Assembly: GCF_006345805.1 (NCBI RefSeq)
Contig: NC_043012.1
Coordinates: 8,308,001-8,372,000 of the forward strand
Direction of reading: 5' to 3'
DNA length: 64,000 nt
Source of the DNA: Octopus sinensis
Lineage: Eukaryota
Under the pieces are notes generated by a model. It had not been told where the DNA came from. It made no database searches and worked only from the letters and a program-made list of their open reading frames with translations. The translations under genes and the position numbers were made by a program. Of this stretch, positions 37,408-50,740 are shown one piece after another; position 1 is the first letter of the stretch, and every line of letters begins with the position of its first letter.

Positions 37408-37641
37408 ATGATGACGGTGATGATGATGATGATGATGATAATGATGATGATGGTGATGGTGGTGGTGGTGGTGGTGGTGGTGGTGGTGGTGGTGGTGGTG
37501 GTGTTGATGATGATGGTGATCATGATCATGATGATGGTGGTGATGATGGTGACGATGATGATGATGATATGATGGTGATGATGGTGTTGATGATGATGAT
37601 GATGATGGTGATGATGATGGTGGTGGTGATGGCGATGATGA

Positions 37642-37673
<32 letters not shown>

Positions 37674-37820
37674 ATGGTGATGATGGTGATGATGGTGATG
37701 GTGATGATGATGATGATGTGATGATGGCGATGGTGATGATGATGATGATGATGATGGTGGTGGTGATGATGGTGACGATGATGATGATGATGATGGTGGT
37801 GGTGATGGTGATGATGATGT
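37408..37820. repeat. (GAT/GGT)n trinucleotide array
   Basis: Direct reading; source of the poly-D/M/H ORFs. Confidence 0.95.
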
Positions 37821-38555
37821 AACATTGATAAGATTTAACAAAACGTGAGCAAGTAACAAATTCGGTTGGATTTGTTTAGAAGTTAAGAGGTCGTTTTAGA
37901 AAAGAAGCTTGAAGTTATTGTTATCATACGGCAATCTTAGAGGGGAGAGAGAGAGAGAGAGAGAGAGAGTAAAGAAAACGATAAACGGAGGTCTAGAATA
38001 AAAACCAAAAAATAAAAACAGCCATAAGAAACTAAACGAACATACCAATAAACAAATACACAAATAAACGACTATGAAGATAACAAAAGATAAAATTAAA
38101 AAATGGATGACGAGAGAAGATCGATTGTTATATATTTTAGGAACGCGGGGAAACATGTAAAGATATGGAGTGAACTTTTAATGATGTTGAATAAATGTTC
38201 TGGCGAATACTTATAACGTAAGCAATTAGAATTAAGTAAGAAATTATTCGTAATTCTTCATTCAGTAAGATTAGTTTAATTGCTTTGACACACAGATTAG
38301 TAGTTTGTTTGGATTATAGTTCAACCAGTACGACCAGAAACTCTTTATAACAATCCTCTTATTGTGTGCAATAATCTGAACATTTCTGCCAGCGTTAAGT
38401 GAAAAAAGATCTTGATGGAAGAAATCAAAAGTATTTTAATTAAGCTCATAATCCGGGTCTTGGAAATCTTGGAAATCTATAGTCACAGGCAAGTACTTGA
38501 TTATTACCAACTTAACGATGTTAGGCGATTACTATATAGAAATTTGTTCAAGATT

Positions 38556-38613
38556 GGCGGTGCCCCAGCATGGCCACAGCTCGTGGGCTGAAACTAGATA
38601 AAATAAAATAAAA
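38556..38613 (+). mobile_element. Isolated CR1/L2-type 3' tail
   Basis: GGCGGTGCCCCAGCATGGCCACAGCTCGTGGGCTGAAACTAG(ATAAA)n is homologous to the LINE end at 3228-3266. Confidence 0.7.
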
Positions 38614-38635
38614 TTTTAAAAAATTGGCCTGGAGC

Positions 38636-39375
38636 TCCATTGGCTACGACGATAAGTGTTCCAGTCGATCCGATCAACGGAACAGCCTGCTCGTGAAATT
38701 AATATGCAAGTAGTCGAGTACTCCACAGACACTCGAACCCTTAGTGCAATTTTCAGGGAAATTCAGTGTGACATACCGAATGTGTTGAGGCTGTCTCTTT
38801 GAATTACATGTACAACTCAAGGTGGAGAACTGGCAGAAACGTTAGCGTTCCGGGCGAAATGCGTAGCCGTATTTCGTCTGCCGTTATGTTCTGAGTTCAA
38901 ATTCCGCCGAGGTCGACTTTGCCTTTCATCCTTTCGGGGTCGATTAAATAAGTACCAGTTACGCACTGGAGTCGATATAATCAACTTAATCCGTTTGTCT
39001 GTCCTTGTTTGTCCCCTCTGTGTTTAGCCCCTTGTGGGTAGTAAAGATATAGGTATTTCGTCTGCCGTTACGTTCTGAGTTCAAATTCCGCCGAGGTCGA
39101 CTTTGCCTTTCATCCTTTCGGGGTCGATAAATTAAGTACCAGTTACGCACTGGGGTCGATATAATCGACTTCATCCGTTTGTCAGTCCTTGTTTGTCCCC
39201 TCTGTGTTTAGCCCCTTGTGGGTAGTAAAGAAATATATGTGTACAACCCATTTTTGCAGGTTGAGTGGACTGGAGCAAAGTGAAAGAAAGTGTCTTGCTC
39301 AATGATACAATGTGACGCCAGGAATTGAACTCGGGACCTAATAATCGGGTCTAGCCATTAAGCCACTTGCTTTCT
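38636..39375 (-). mobile_element. SINE-D with tail 1, interrupted by a SINE-A dimer
   Basis: Tail 1 lies at 38636-38817 and the D head/core at 39250-39375; tgtacaac is repeated on both sides of the insert. Confidence 0.7.
38820..39235 (+). mobile_element. SINE-A dimer (full unit plus 5'-truncated unit)
   Basis: Junction gtagtaaagatatag|gtatttcgtctg at ~39052, the same breakpoint as 35650. Confidence 0.92.
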
Positions 39376-39432
39376 CATGTTAAAGACCGAATGATATGAT
39401 ATATGTATGTACAAGGGCGGGAATAGTGGGGT

Positions 39433-39832
39433 TTCTTTTTTCTTTATTTGCTTCAATCATTTGACTGCAGCCATGCTGGAGCACCACCTTTAGCCGAGCA
39501 AACCGACCCCAGGACTTATTCTTTGTAAGCCTAGTGCTTATTCTATCGGTCTCTCTTGCCGAACCGCTAAGTGACGGGGACATAAACACACCAGCATCGG
39601 TTGTCAAGCGATGTTGGAGGGGGGACAAACAAAGACACACAAACATATACACACACACATACATATATATACATATATACAATTGGCTTCTTTCAGTTTC
39701 CATCTACCAGATCCGCTCACAAGGCTTTGGTCGGCCCGAGGCTATAGCAGAAGACACTTGCCCAAGGTGCCACGCAATGGGACTGAATCCAGAACCATGT
39801 GGTTCGTAAGCAAGCTACTTACCACACAGCCA
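39433..39832 (-). mobile_element. SINE-B, near full length
   Basis: Both modules are present. Confidence 0.9.
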
Positions 39833-40506
39833 AATGATAAGGAAGTATATGCCGGGGTGAGCTGGATCCGGTTTGCATTAAATAGTATGAATCGGCTGAT
39901 AAATATTGAGCCTCGAACCTCTCCTCCCTATTGAGGATCACACATTGTTGATTTTTTTTTGTGTTTTAAAATTTTGTTAGTCTTGTTCACACGCAAAACC
40001 CTCACAACACACACTCCCATACCCACACATATATTCTTTTGTTTTGTCCTGTACTGTCCATAATGTTTTTCTCAATGTTAAATGCTTGTGGTTAATAAAG
40101 AATTTACTATTATTATTTTCTTTTTCATTCTTTCTTCAAATTTTCTTCCATTTCTCGCTGATTGTTTTCTATACATCTAGGGCAGAGAAGCTCATTGTAT
40201 GCATTCCCAGATTACACACACAAATTCACAGGTAAAATATGTATTTAAAAAATGAATAAATAAATAAATTCATAAATGGCTGTTGTTTTCACAGCGATAA
40301 TGCTCTTCTCAGTACATGAGTCACCCCAGTTAACACGATTTTTTGCACTTTTATTACTGAGACAGTACGAAAAGTAATAATGTCAATCCGCCCACTCTCT
40401 CTTACAACGCACTTGGCTTCCGGTCGCTTTTTGGTGTTTAGGAAATTTCCATTTTAATTTTAAATTCTGAAGAAGATGGCAAGCTGACAGAGTTGTTAGT
40501 ACGACT

Positions 40507-40933
40507 TACTCTTTTACTTGTTTCAGTCATTTGGCTGCGGCCATGCTGGAGCACCGCCTTTAATCGAGCAACTCGACCCCGGGACTTATTCTTTTTTGTA
40601 AGCCCAGTACTTATTCTATTGGTCTCTTTTGCCGAACCGCTAAGTAACGGGGACATAAACACAACCAGCATCAGTCAAGCAATGCTAGGGGGACAAACAC
40701 GACACACAAACACAACACACACACCACACACACACACCACATATATATATATATATATACATATATACGACAGGCTTCTTTCAGTTTCCGTCTATCAAAT
40801 CCACTCACAAGGCATTGGTCGGCCCGGGGCTATAGCAGAAGACACTTGCCCAAGATGCCACGCAGTGGGACTGAACCCGGAACCATGTGGTTGGTTAGCA
40901 AGCTACTTACCACACAGCCACTCCTGCGCCTAT
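40507..40933 (-). mobile_element. SINE-B, full length
   Basis: Both modules are present; head TAGGCGCAGGAGTGGCTGTGTGG. Confidence 0.92.
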
Positions 40934-40959
40934 GCTTAGTGACATTTTAACAGACTTTA

Positions 40960-41110
40960 CCTTGTGAGTTCAAATTCTGCTGAGGTCGACTTTATTTTTC
41001 ATCCCTTCAGGGTAGATAAAATAAGTATCAGTTGAACACTAGTGTCGATGTAATCGACTTACCCCTCCCACGAAATTGCTGACCTTAAGCCGAAATTTGA
41101 AACCACTATT
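40960..41110 (+). mobile_element. SINE-A' 3' fragment
   Basis: gagttcaaattctgctgaggtcgacttt..gtcgatgtaatcgacttacccctccc. Confidence 0.75.
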
Positions 41111-41167
41111 AAGTCCAGAAGACTGATAAAATTTTTTTGCTTTAATGTGAGTGAGAAGATATGCTGA

Positions 41168-41241
41168 GACCCTGGGATTCGAACTCACAACCTCACGATT
41201 GTAAGCTCGATGCTTTAACTACTGAGCCATGTACCTTCACT
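41168..41241 (-). mobile_element. SINE-D head fragment
   Basis: Reverse complement of GTGAAGGTACATGGCTCAGTAGTTAAAGC..GTGAGTTCGAATCCC. Confidence 0.7.
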
Positions 41242-41268
41242 GAGAAGATATAGTAGAATATATATAAC

Positions 41269-41596
41269 TGTGTGCGCATAGTTAGGGCGTTGGGCTCACA
41301 ATCAGCAGGGAATGAGTTCGATTCCCAGACCGGGATGTGTGTTGTGTTCTTGAGCAAGACACTTTGTTCACGTTGCTCCAGTTCACTCAGCTGTAGAAAT
41401 TAGTTGCAATGTCACTGGTACCAAGCTGTATCGACCTTTGCCTTTCCCTTGGATAACATTGGTGGCGTAGAGAGGGAGGCAGTATGCCTGGGCGACTGCT
41501 GGTCTTCCATAAATAACCTTGCTCGGACTTTTGCCTTGGAGGGGAACTTTCTAGGTGCAATCCTATGGTTATTCATGACCAAAGGGGATCTTTACC
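41269..41596 (+). mobile_element. SINE-D head with a third tail (D3)
   Basis: D-type head and TTCTTGAGCAAGACACTT core, followed by ctggtaccaagctgtatcgacc..gggcgactgctggtcttcc..ggggatctttacc, unlike tails 1 and 2. Confidence 0.65.
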
Positions 41597-42302
41597 TTCT
41601 ATGGATGCTTCTATACAAATATACACATATACATATACATGTGTGTGTAGATAATTATGTGTTTTTCACATATGTTTACATCCTTGCCCAATCTCTCGCT
41701 TTGTCACTTCTCATTTTCTCTCACACTTCCCTCCTTGCCACAATTATTTAAGCCTATTATCATTACAGTATCTCTGTGTTGGGCTGTTTGATGCACTGTA
41801 ACTGTATCTTTTTATTTCCCTATCCTTTTAACTTTCCACCTATTTTCGAAATTGTTTAAAGGCTTATAAATACTCTCCTATTCAATTATCTGGCATTTCT
41901 TCTTTGTTCACCTAACATTCTCGGTTTCTAACCTTCTCACACAACTCCTTTTGCTTGGTCACCACTCTTTCTACCTGATCTATGCATCAACATCAGTTTT
42001 TTTCCCTCAGTAATCTCCTAACTCTTAGATGAAGGGTCATAACCATGAATCGTTATATTTGGACACTCCTCGAAGCAAATAAACTTTACATTCTATTCGA
42101 TTCCGATAATCACCAGGTTACACAAATTTTAGATTTTATGCTATTTTAATCTGGATTTTTAAAATCTCAGAATGAAAGACTATCTTATTGGTGATATTGT
42201 ACAAAACCCACAGTTAAAATTTTAGTAGCTTTGCGATTTGCTCGCCATTGATCGCTTGTCGTTGGTCAGTCGATGGATTTAAATTTCCAGTTACTCTGCC
42301 TG

Positions 42303-42545
42303 CTCAAGAGTCAGTATATTCGATCACAAAACATCATATCCAATCAAGAGTAACTATATTGGGTCAAGAGTAGCTATACCCAGTCATATGACACCGTACC
42401 TAGTCAAAAGTAACTACACGCAGCCGAGTCATTAAACTCAGCCAAAGATCACTATACTCAGTCAAAAACTCACTCTACCATATCAAGGCTCTCTGTGCCT
42501 AGTCAGAAGTCACTATACCCGGTCAAAGGTCACTATATTTGGCTA
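42303..42545. repeat. Cryptic ~20-bp minisatellite, about 12 decayed units (consensus near AGTCAAGAGTCACTATACCC)
   Basis: Units such as aatcaagagtaactatattg, ggtcaagagtagctataccc, agtcaaaagtaactacacgc, agtcagaagtcactataccc and ggtcaaaggtcactatattt. Confidence 0.75.
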
Positions 42546-44099
42546 TGAGTATATAACCGGTATGTCTTCATTCTTCTGTCGTCAAAGCGCACGCATATTT
42601 TGTAGTCCTGTTTTCTTTATTAATTATTCAACCAAAGATCTTTAACGCTTTACCCAGAACCTTCTACCACTTTTATTATTCACTTAACATTACATTGCTT
42701 TTGTTCTTTTGATGTTCCTGGTTCTATTCTTCTGTCTTTACTCTCTTTCATCTGATCTCTACATAAATTACTGTCATTCATAATAATTCTCTTCTGTTTT
42801 CCTGGTGCATAGCTCACTCTCACTTTACCCCCTCTCACTTTCTCTCTCTTTCTCCGCTCTCTTCCCCCCCCTTCTTTCTTCCATGCAATCAAATCAACAA
42901 TATCGATGTACCCACTGGTATCCACTGGTAATCCACTTCACTCATCAGATCATATGGTGCGCTCTTTTATCTAATTTCAAGGAGGAAATATTTTGGAATG
43001 AATAAGCAAGTGAAGTGTGACTTCCGGGTCAAACGGATATCATTTTATATGAAGAGTTAAAGCTCCACGTAAATCAGTCAGCCAATTACGTCACCGAAAA
43101 TGGAAACGAAAAGAAAGGTTAGAATTGATTCTATGAAAGTCTTCGTGTTGTTAATACAATTCTTCCCAGATCTCATGTCGTTTATATTTCATCAAAGATA
43201 CGACCCAAGAAATTGTTTTGTTTCAAGTAACAGCCATTACCGAAGATAATACCAGTTCTATCTGGATGAAGATAGGGAAGAAAGTCTATTAATGTTATGA
43301 GATTCTACACAATAGTGGCAATTAAATGAGACACTTCGCGAAGATTATTCTGGTTTAGATAATAATTTCATGGAGAGGAAAAAAGTTAAGTTTGTGAAGG
43401 AGAAAAAAAAACTCAGGAGATTATTGGTTTGAGACTTGCCGATGGAATTGGTTCTGGTGGTATTGGAACATCATGAAATTATATATCTATCGCATTCATC
43501 TTTGTTTATATGAAGAAGGAGGAGGGGAAGGAGGAGGGGGAGAAAAGAAGAAGAAGAAGAAGAAGAAGAAGAAGAAGAAGAAGAAAGTAAAGGAAAATGG
43601 GAAGAAAAATAAGAGAAAGAGAGAGAGAGAGAGAGAGGAAGGAGACAAAGATAAAACAAAGAAGAACAAAGATAAAGAATGAGAGAGGAGAATAAAGTTG
43701 AAGAAATGTGAAATACTCTCTCCTTCACAACTCTCTCTCTGTACTCAAATACATACATGTGTATGTGTGTATGTATGTATGTGTGTATGTATGTATGTAT
43801 GTATGTGTGTATGTATGTATGTATGTATGTATGTATGTATGTAGTATGTATGTATGTGTGTGTATGTTTGCGTGTGTGTGTTTGTGTTGTTTGTACGCTT
43901 GCAACTTTCACAAATGGTGTTGGTTTGTTTATGTCCCCCGTAACGTAGCAGTTTGTTATTGACAAAACAGACTGCTGAATAAACACCAAACTGAAAATAG
44001 GAAACGGGAGTGGGTGTTTGTTTGAGTACTCCAAAAAGACCATGATAAAACAAGTCAAAGAGTAACAATTAATAGAAAACAATATATATACATATACAT

Positions 44100-44281
44100 A
44101 CCGCCTGGCCCCCGTGCCGGTGGCACGTAAAAAGCAGCATCCGTCCGTGGCCGTTTGCCAGCTCCGTCTGGCCCCCGTGCCGGTGGCACGTAAAAAGCAC
44201 CCACTACACTCAGGGAGTGGTTGGCGTTAGGAAGGGCATCCAGCCGTAGAAACACTGCCAGATCAGACTGGGCCTGATGCA
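44100..44281 (+). mobile_element. RTE 3' UTR fragment
   Basis: Two GGTGGCACGTAAAAAGCA motifs plus GAGTGGTTGGCGTTAGGAAGGGCATCCAGC, as in 3365-3560. Confidence 0.85.
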
Positions 44282-44299
44282 TCCATATATATTATATAT

Positions 44300-44333
<34 letters not shown>

Positions 44334-44368
44334 ACACACACACACCACACCACACACACACATATATA

Positions 44369-44448
<80 letters not shown>

Positions 44449-44496
44449 TAAATATATATATTTGTATGCATATACATATATGTATATATATATAAA

Positions 44497-44700
44497 ACCA
44501 CACGGGGACTAGTGGTGATTTTCCTTCTTCTTTGGACTTTCCCCTTTCTCCTTTTTGACGAAGCGCCATGCTCGAAATGTTAAAAACTCTCTCCTTTCAA
44601 CGAGCGTCAAGTATCTATTCCTGTTTCTTTCTCTTTTTTTTTTTATTTGTTTTTGAATTGTGTTGTTGTTGAAGCTGTAAACAAATAAAACCCACACCAT
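44497..44700 (+). mobile_element. Penelope-like remnant with degenerate hammerhead motif (44551-44586)
   Basis: ctttTTGACGAagcgccatgctcGAAAtgttaaaaac; flanks resemble the reverse complement of 1783-1975. Confidence 0.45.
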
Positions 44701-45193
44701 CACCACACATACACACACCACACACAACACAAGCACATACATGCAGTACAAGCTGGGGATACTACTACTCAACTATTGAAGGTAGAGTAATATGCTTTTT
44801 ATTAAAGCCAAAACACTGGCGTTTAAGATTTACGACAGCTGTTTCGGTAGAATTTTATTTAATGCAGTCATGATAGATTACATCATAGCATACAAACCAC
44901 CATCATCAGATAAGTTTTTAAACAGGTAAGATTTTAAACATCGGCACACCTCTGAACCAGATCTGTGGTTTAAAATGAATTTGATTCTTGCATATCTACA
45001 GTATCTTACCAACACTTGATGCATTCAATATTGGTTAGTCCAATACCATATTGGTATGTCAATGTACCTAACCATTTCTGGCGTCAGACAAGTTGATGTG
45101 CACATGAATACACACACATACACACACACACCCATACACACACAAACACATATACACACACACATTGACTTAATACTTCTATTCTGTACATAC

Positions 45194-45612
45194 ATAGGTG
45201 TAGGAGTGGCTGTGTGGTAAGAAACTTGCTTACCAACCATATGGGTCTTGGTTCAGTCCCACTGCGTGGCACCTTGGGCAAGCGTCTTCTACTATAGCCT
45301 CAGGCCGACCAAAGCCTTGTGAGTGGATTTGGTGGACGGAAACTGAAAGAAGCCCTTCGTATATAAATATTTATATATATGTACGTATATGTTTGTATGT
45401 CTGTGCTTGTCCACCCCACCGTCGCTTGTCAACCAATGTTGGTATGTTTATGTCCACATAACATAGCGGTTCGGCAAAAGAGGCCGATAGCATAAGTACT
45501 ACTAGGCTTACAAAGAAATAAGTCCTGCGGTCGATTTGTTCGACTACAGGCGGTGCTCCAGCATGGCCGCAGTCAAATGAGTAAAACAGGTAAAAGAATT
45601 AAAAAAAAAAAA
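45194..45612 (+). mobile_element. SINE-B, full length
   Basis: Both modules and an A-rich tail. Confidence 0.92.
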
Positions 45613-45643
45613 TAATACACCATAATTCTCTATTCACACACAC

Positions 45644-45676
<33 letters not shown>

Positions 45677-45910
45677 TGAGTGAGCGTGTCTGTACCTTAT
45701 GTGAGTATAATAAAAATACACGTGTGCGCCCATATGCACAAGAACACACACATACACACATACATATATATATATTGAAGGCTTCGAATGATTTGTCTGT
45801 GTTCCGTGTTCGTCCCTTCCTGTATTTCACGTTCATTATATATAAAAACATTCATTCTTATATATATACATACCTAGACACCTACATGCATAAGTATATA
45901 TATATGTGAA

Positions 45911-45947
<37 letters not shown>

Positions 45948-46297
45948 CTATAAGTGTGTCTGTGTATGTGTATCATGTGTATGTCTTTGTGTGCATAAGG
46001 TTATATTTATATTTCATGTGACATGGTGTTTGATGTCAAAGGTCACACTATCTCAAAAAGCTGATAAGCGGGATAGGCTAAGGTATGCCGAGAATTACAA
46101 CTTGAGTCTCTCTATCCAGTGGCTGACATGTTTGGGACTCTTTCAATCGCTCCCTCTTTCTCTTTCTCTCTTTCTCTCTCTCTCACACACACACACACGC
46201 GTGCATACATATATTCATACATATATACAAGCATACATTTAAACATGCATAAATACACACACACACACACACACTCACACGCGCGCGGCACAGACAC

Positions 46298-46680
46298 GGC
46301 TATGTAGTTCACTTTACAACCACAAGGTTTCAGGTTCAGCTACAGTGCACGGTAGCTTGTCTAAGTGCATTCTACTAAAGCCCTGAACCACCTTTTGACT
46401 TGTGACTGATTTTGGTTGAGGGAAACAAAGTAGAAGCCTGCCATTCACACATTCTGTGTTTTTTGTGTTTGTTTGTCCCTCATCATTGTTTGATAACCGG
46501 TGTTGTTTTCTTTACGTCCCCGTAACTTAGAGGTTCAGTAAAAGACGCTGATAGAATAAGTACTAGACTTCAAAATAAGTAACTATAGTCGACTTGTTTG
46601 ACTACATCCTTCAAGGCTGTGCTCCAGAATGACCGTAGTCCAATGAATGAAACAAATAAAAAATAAATAAAATATATAAA
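46298..46680 (+). mobile_element. SINE-B, old and diverged
   Basis: Recognisable ggttcag..aaagccctg..gaagcctgcc..cgtccccgtaacttag..gatagaataagtactag..gtgctccagaatgacc. Confidence 0.75.
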
Positions 46681-46704
46681 AGGGATATAAAAAAAGATAT
46701 TTCT

Positions 46705-46893
46705 GGTGGCACGTGAAAAGCACCCACTACATTCACGGAGTGGTTGGCGTTAGGAAGGGCATCCAGCTGTAGAAACACTGCCAAATCAGACTGGAGCCTG
46801 GTGCAGCCTCCTGGATTCCCAGATCCCGGTCGAACCGTCCAACCCATGCCAGCATGGAAAACAGACGTCAAACGATGATGATGATGATGATGA
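46705..46893 (+). mobile_element. RTE 3' terminal ~190 bp with (GAT)n tail
   Basis: Matches the reverse complement of 3365-3550. Confidence 0.88.
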
Positions 46894-47649
46894 CTTCTGA
46901 CTATTCAATCATTGGAATACGGCCATACTGGGGAAGTAGCTTGAATGATTTAGTGAATCAAATCGATCGCAGTACTTATCATAAATCTGATAATTCTTCC
47001 GTCGATCTCCTTCTTGCCGAGCCTCCAGGTTACAGGGTGTAGACAGACCTACACAAGCAAATGCACACACAAATACATAATTAGATACGCAAACACACAC
47101 ACATACATACATACATACATACATACATACATACATACATACATACATACACACATACATACACACATACATACATACACACATACATACATACATACAA
47201 ACAAACATACATATATACATACACATACATACATACATACATACACACATACATACATACACACATACATACATACATACATACATACATACACACATAC
47301 ATATATACATATGTATGTACGTACACACGTACATACATACATGCGCATCTATCTATCTATATGTCCATGTATTATGCATACACACATATATATGTGTGTG
47401 TGTGTGTGTACGAACACGTCCAAATACCAAGAAATACATACGCTCTACCCTCACACATACACACATAGGTGTACATACTCAAATTAACATACATACACAT
47501 ATATATATAAATGTGTGTGTATGTGTGTGTGTGTGCATGCAAATACATATTTATATTTCAGTTATCGTATTATGTTTCTGACCATAAAATTGGTGATAAT
47601 GGTATAATATCTATACATGTTAAGACATGTAGGCTTACGGATAACCTCA

Positions 47650-47764
<115 letters not shown>

Positions 47765-47828
47765 ACCGCCCTGATCGACTGCTAGACTCTAAAGTTTTTA
47801 TTCTCTCTCTGTTTATTTTATCGTGTTC

Positions 47829-47864
47829 CTTTCTGTTGAAGAGCATTGGCTCGAAACATAAAAG
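47829..47864 (+). ncRNA. Minimal hammerhead-like motif with variant core CUGUUGA (Penelope-like remnant ~47770-47950)
   Basis: CTTT-CTGTTGA-A-GAGC(ATTG)GCTC-GAAA-CA-T-A-AAAG: same stems as 7069-7104 with a different loop II. Confidence 0.5.
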
Positions 47865-47953
47865 TCTTTCTCACCTTCCCGAGCATTAAATTAATACACC
47901 AGTTTGTTGTTTACACACCTGTCTTCATTTTTTGCTTTTATGTAAATTCAAAC

Positions 47954-47986
<33 letters not shown>

Positions 47987-48231
47987 ATTTATATTTACTT
48001 ATATGTATATTCTCTTTTTTATATATATTCTACTTATTATACAACATTACTCTTTTATGTACACTTTTTTTTATGTACATTCCTTTATGTACACTGATTT
48101 GTTCTGCTTTTTATGTTTAACCCTACAGTCTCTTATGTGGTGGTTTAATAAAGTATGTGATTGAGTATTATCTGGTAATTGATTTTTGATTTAGATGTAT
48201 TTCTCCATTTTCTTATCTTGTATATATATAT

Positions 48232-48307
<76 letters not shown>

Positions 48308-48762
48308 GGAGAGAGAAAGAATGAGGGAGAGAGAGTCAGACAGACAGTCGGATAGACAGACAGACAGAGCCAGTGAGAGTAAAGAAGTGTGATGTAACGC
48401 GTAACTAAACGTTTGGTTATCTGTAGAGAGTTCTACATCCCAATGCTATACCTAGTGCGGTTAGATGAAGGTTATCAAATTTCCGAACAGACAAGCGTGT
48501 GGAACTGGAGTCATGTTATAGTAATGATAAAAAGAGAAAACGTAATTGGTGCGTTAAGCGTTATGAAACATATACGTGTTTCAGTAAGACTACCATTATC
48601 GTAAAGCTGAAATTGCTCGCGTAGTAACGACGCTCCTTTTCCTGAAACATGTGTACGAAGTTATTTTTATAAAAGTTAAAATAGTTTTCTTTCTTTATTA
48701 CCACTATACATACACACACACATGGATACATACATAAACACACACCCAGACACACGTACACG

Positions 48763-48843
<81 letters not shown>

Positions 48844-48926
48844 TTGCGTAAACTGGCGTTGCAAGTGGAGTTGGTACAGTAGCAACTTCAATGAATCATT
48901 AAAGATGTGTTCAAGAATTTTCTGTC

Positions 48927-48968
<42 letters not shown>

Positions 48969-48990
48969 TATTATTATTATTATTATTATT

Positions 48991-49500
48991 GAGTGAGAAA
49001 GCAGTACATGCCATCAAAGTGACACTGGGGTAAAATATACGAAGCCCAGTATACCCATCATGACTACCCGTCTGATAAGGGTATAATAGGTACATGCATC
49101 ACAACCATATGTGCGCGACATGGTGATCTCATATCAAGATAAACAGCACTTGACCTTGCAGGTGGGGCCCTGTTAAAATTTTCTTCTGGTCGAGTAACCC
49201 ATCCCGCTCAAAAAGTCCCCGAATAAGGGTTGTTTAAGGATGTTGAACGAAACACCCATGTTTCCAGAGGTGAAATATTCAAACCCTAAAAAATCCCTCT
49301 CAACACATGGCTATGATGTTCCTCCACTACTTCTGCTCGTGATCAGAGATGCACATATCGTCAGCCAATAAGGGACATGCTCAACTGGTTATGGTCAAAC
49401 AACTGACAAGCAAATCTGTGGTATTTGCTGTACCAAGACAAAACAATGTACATGATAACACTTCCAATCAGTTAAGATCAGAAGCCATGAGTACTGCATA
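48991..49500 (-). mobile_element. ~510-bp non-coding element embedded in (TAA)n on both sides
   Basis: Unique-complexity segment between (TTA)n at 48925-48990 and (TAA)n at 49501 onward. No ORF is recognised; strand is inferred from a putative (AAT)n tail. Confidence 0.45.
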
Positions 49501-49607
49501 TAATAATAATAATAATAATAATAATTATTATTATTATCATCATCATTATCATCATTATTATTGTTATTATTATTATTATTATTACAATTATTATTATTAT
49601 TATTATT

Positions 49608-49882
49608 ATTCAGTAGTTTTATTTTTTATAGCGTGCTTTCACTTCACTACCGAGCACAGCTCTGTGTGCCTTGGGTATGTGCTGTGATTTGTTGTGATGC
49701 TCTGATGGTTATTGTATGGAAAGTGTTCTGCGTAGGATGTGTGCAGTGCCTAGTAGTGCAATTTTCTGTATGTTATATGTGTTTGTAAGTCCTGGTGTTT
49801 TTGTTATGTATTTGTCTGAATATTTTTTTATCATGCCTAATGCACCTACTATGATAGGAATTGTTTCTGTTTTCAGATTCCA

Positions 49883-49885
<3 letters not shown>
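49608..49885 (-). mobile_element. R4/Dong-like LINE 3' end inserted in (TAA)n
   Basis: Minus strand gives MWNLKTETIPIIVGALGMIKKYSDKYITKTPGLTNIYHIQKIALLGTAHILRRTLSIQ*, a short UTR and an (AAT)n tail; (TTA)n lies on both flanks. Confidence 0.82.
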
Positions 49886-49947
<62 letters not shown>

Positions 49948-50339
49948 TATTATTATTATTATTATTATCATCATCATCATCATTATCATTTATAGGTGGA
50001 CTAATTATCTAATATATAGACTAGATGTTAGAACAGATTTTCACTGTAATCGATTAAAATCGAAATAAAACCCATTATAGGGAGGTTGTGGTGTACCAAA
50101 CCACGTCTGAGAAATATCCAAAGACAAAGAATATTAAATTCAGAGTAAAAATCTATTCTCTTCCATACGCACAGTGACATCAATATAATAATACCGAATA
50201 TTAATTTAAAATTTATTTATGCATGGAATCAGATAAGTGCTTTTAAATCAAAAACTCATTTTTTTTTATTAATCAGAAAAGTAGCGAGAGATTTCTGAAA
50301 TTTAATCTATCTGATTAAAAAAAGCTTCTGATTTGAAAA

Positions 50340-50362
50340 TGATAATAATAATAATAATAATG

Positions 50363-50424
<62 letters not shown>

Positions 50425-50435
50425 TAACAATAGTG

Positions 50436-50489
<54 letters not shown>

Positions 50490-50681
50490 ATGATGGTGAT
50501 GATGATAGTAATAATAATAATGATGATGATGATGATAATAATGATGATGATGATGATGATGATGATGATAATGATAATAATGATGATGATGATGATGATG
50601 AGGAGGAGGAGGATAATAATAATAATAATAATAATAATATAATAATAATGATAATAATAATAATAATAATATAATAATATA

Positions 50682-50730
<49 letters not shown>

Positions 50731-50740
50731 AATAATAAAA
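50340..50740. repeat. (AAT)n/(GCT)n/(GAT)n compound array
   Basis: Direct reading. Confidence 0.95.

Noticed and set aside
40310-40480. Promoter-like cluster (TGAGTCA, CCGCCC, CTTCCGG, AAGATGGC)
   Set aside because: These are short motifs only, with no adjacent exon or other evidence of a transcription start.
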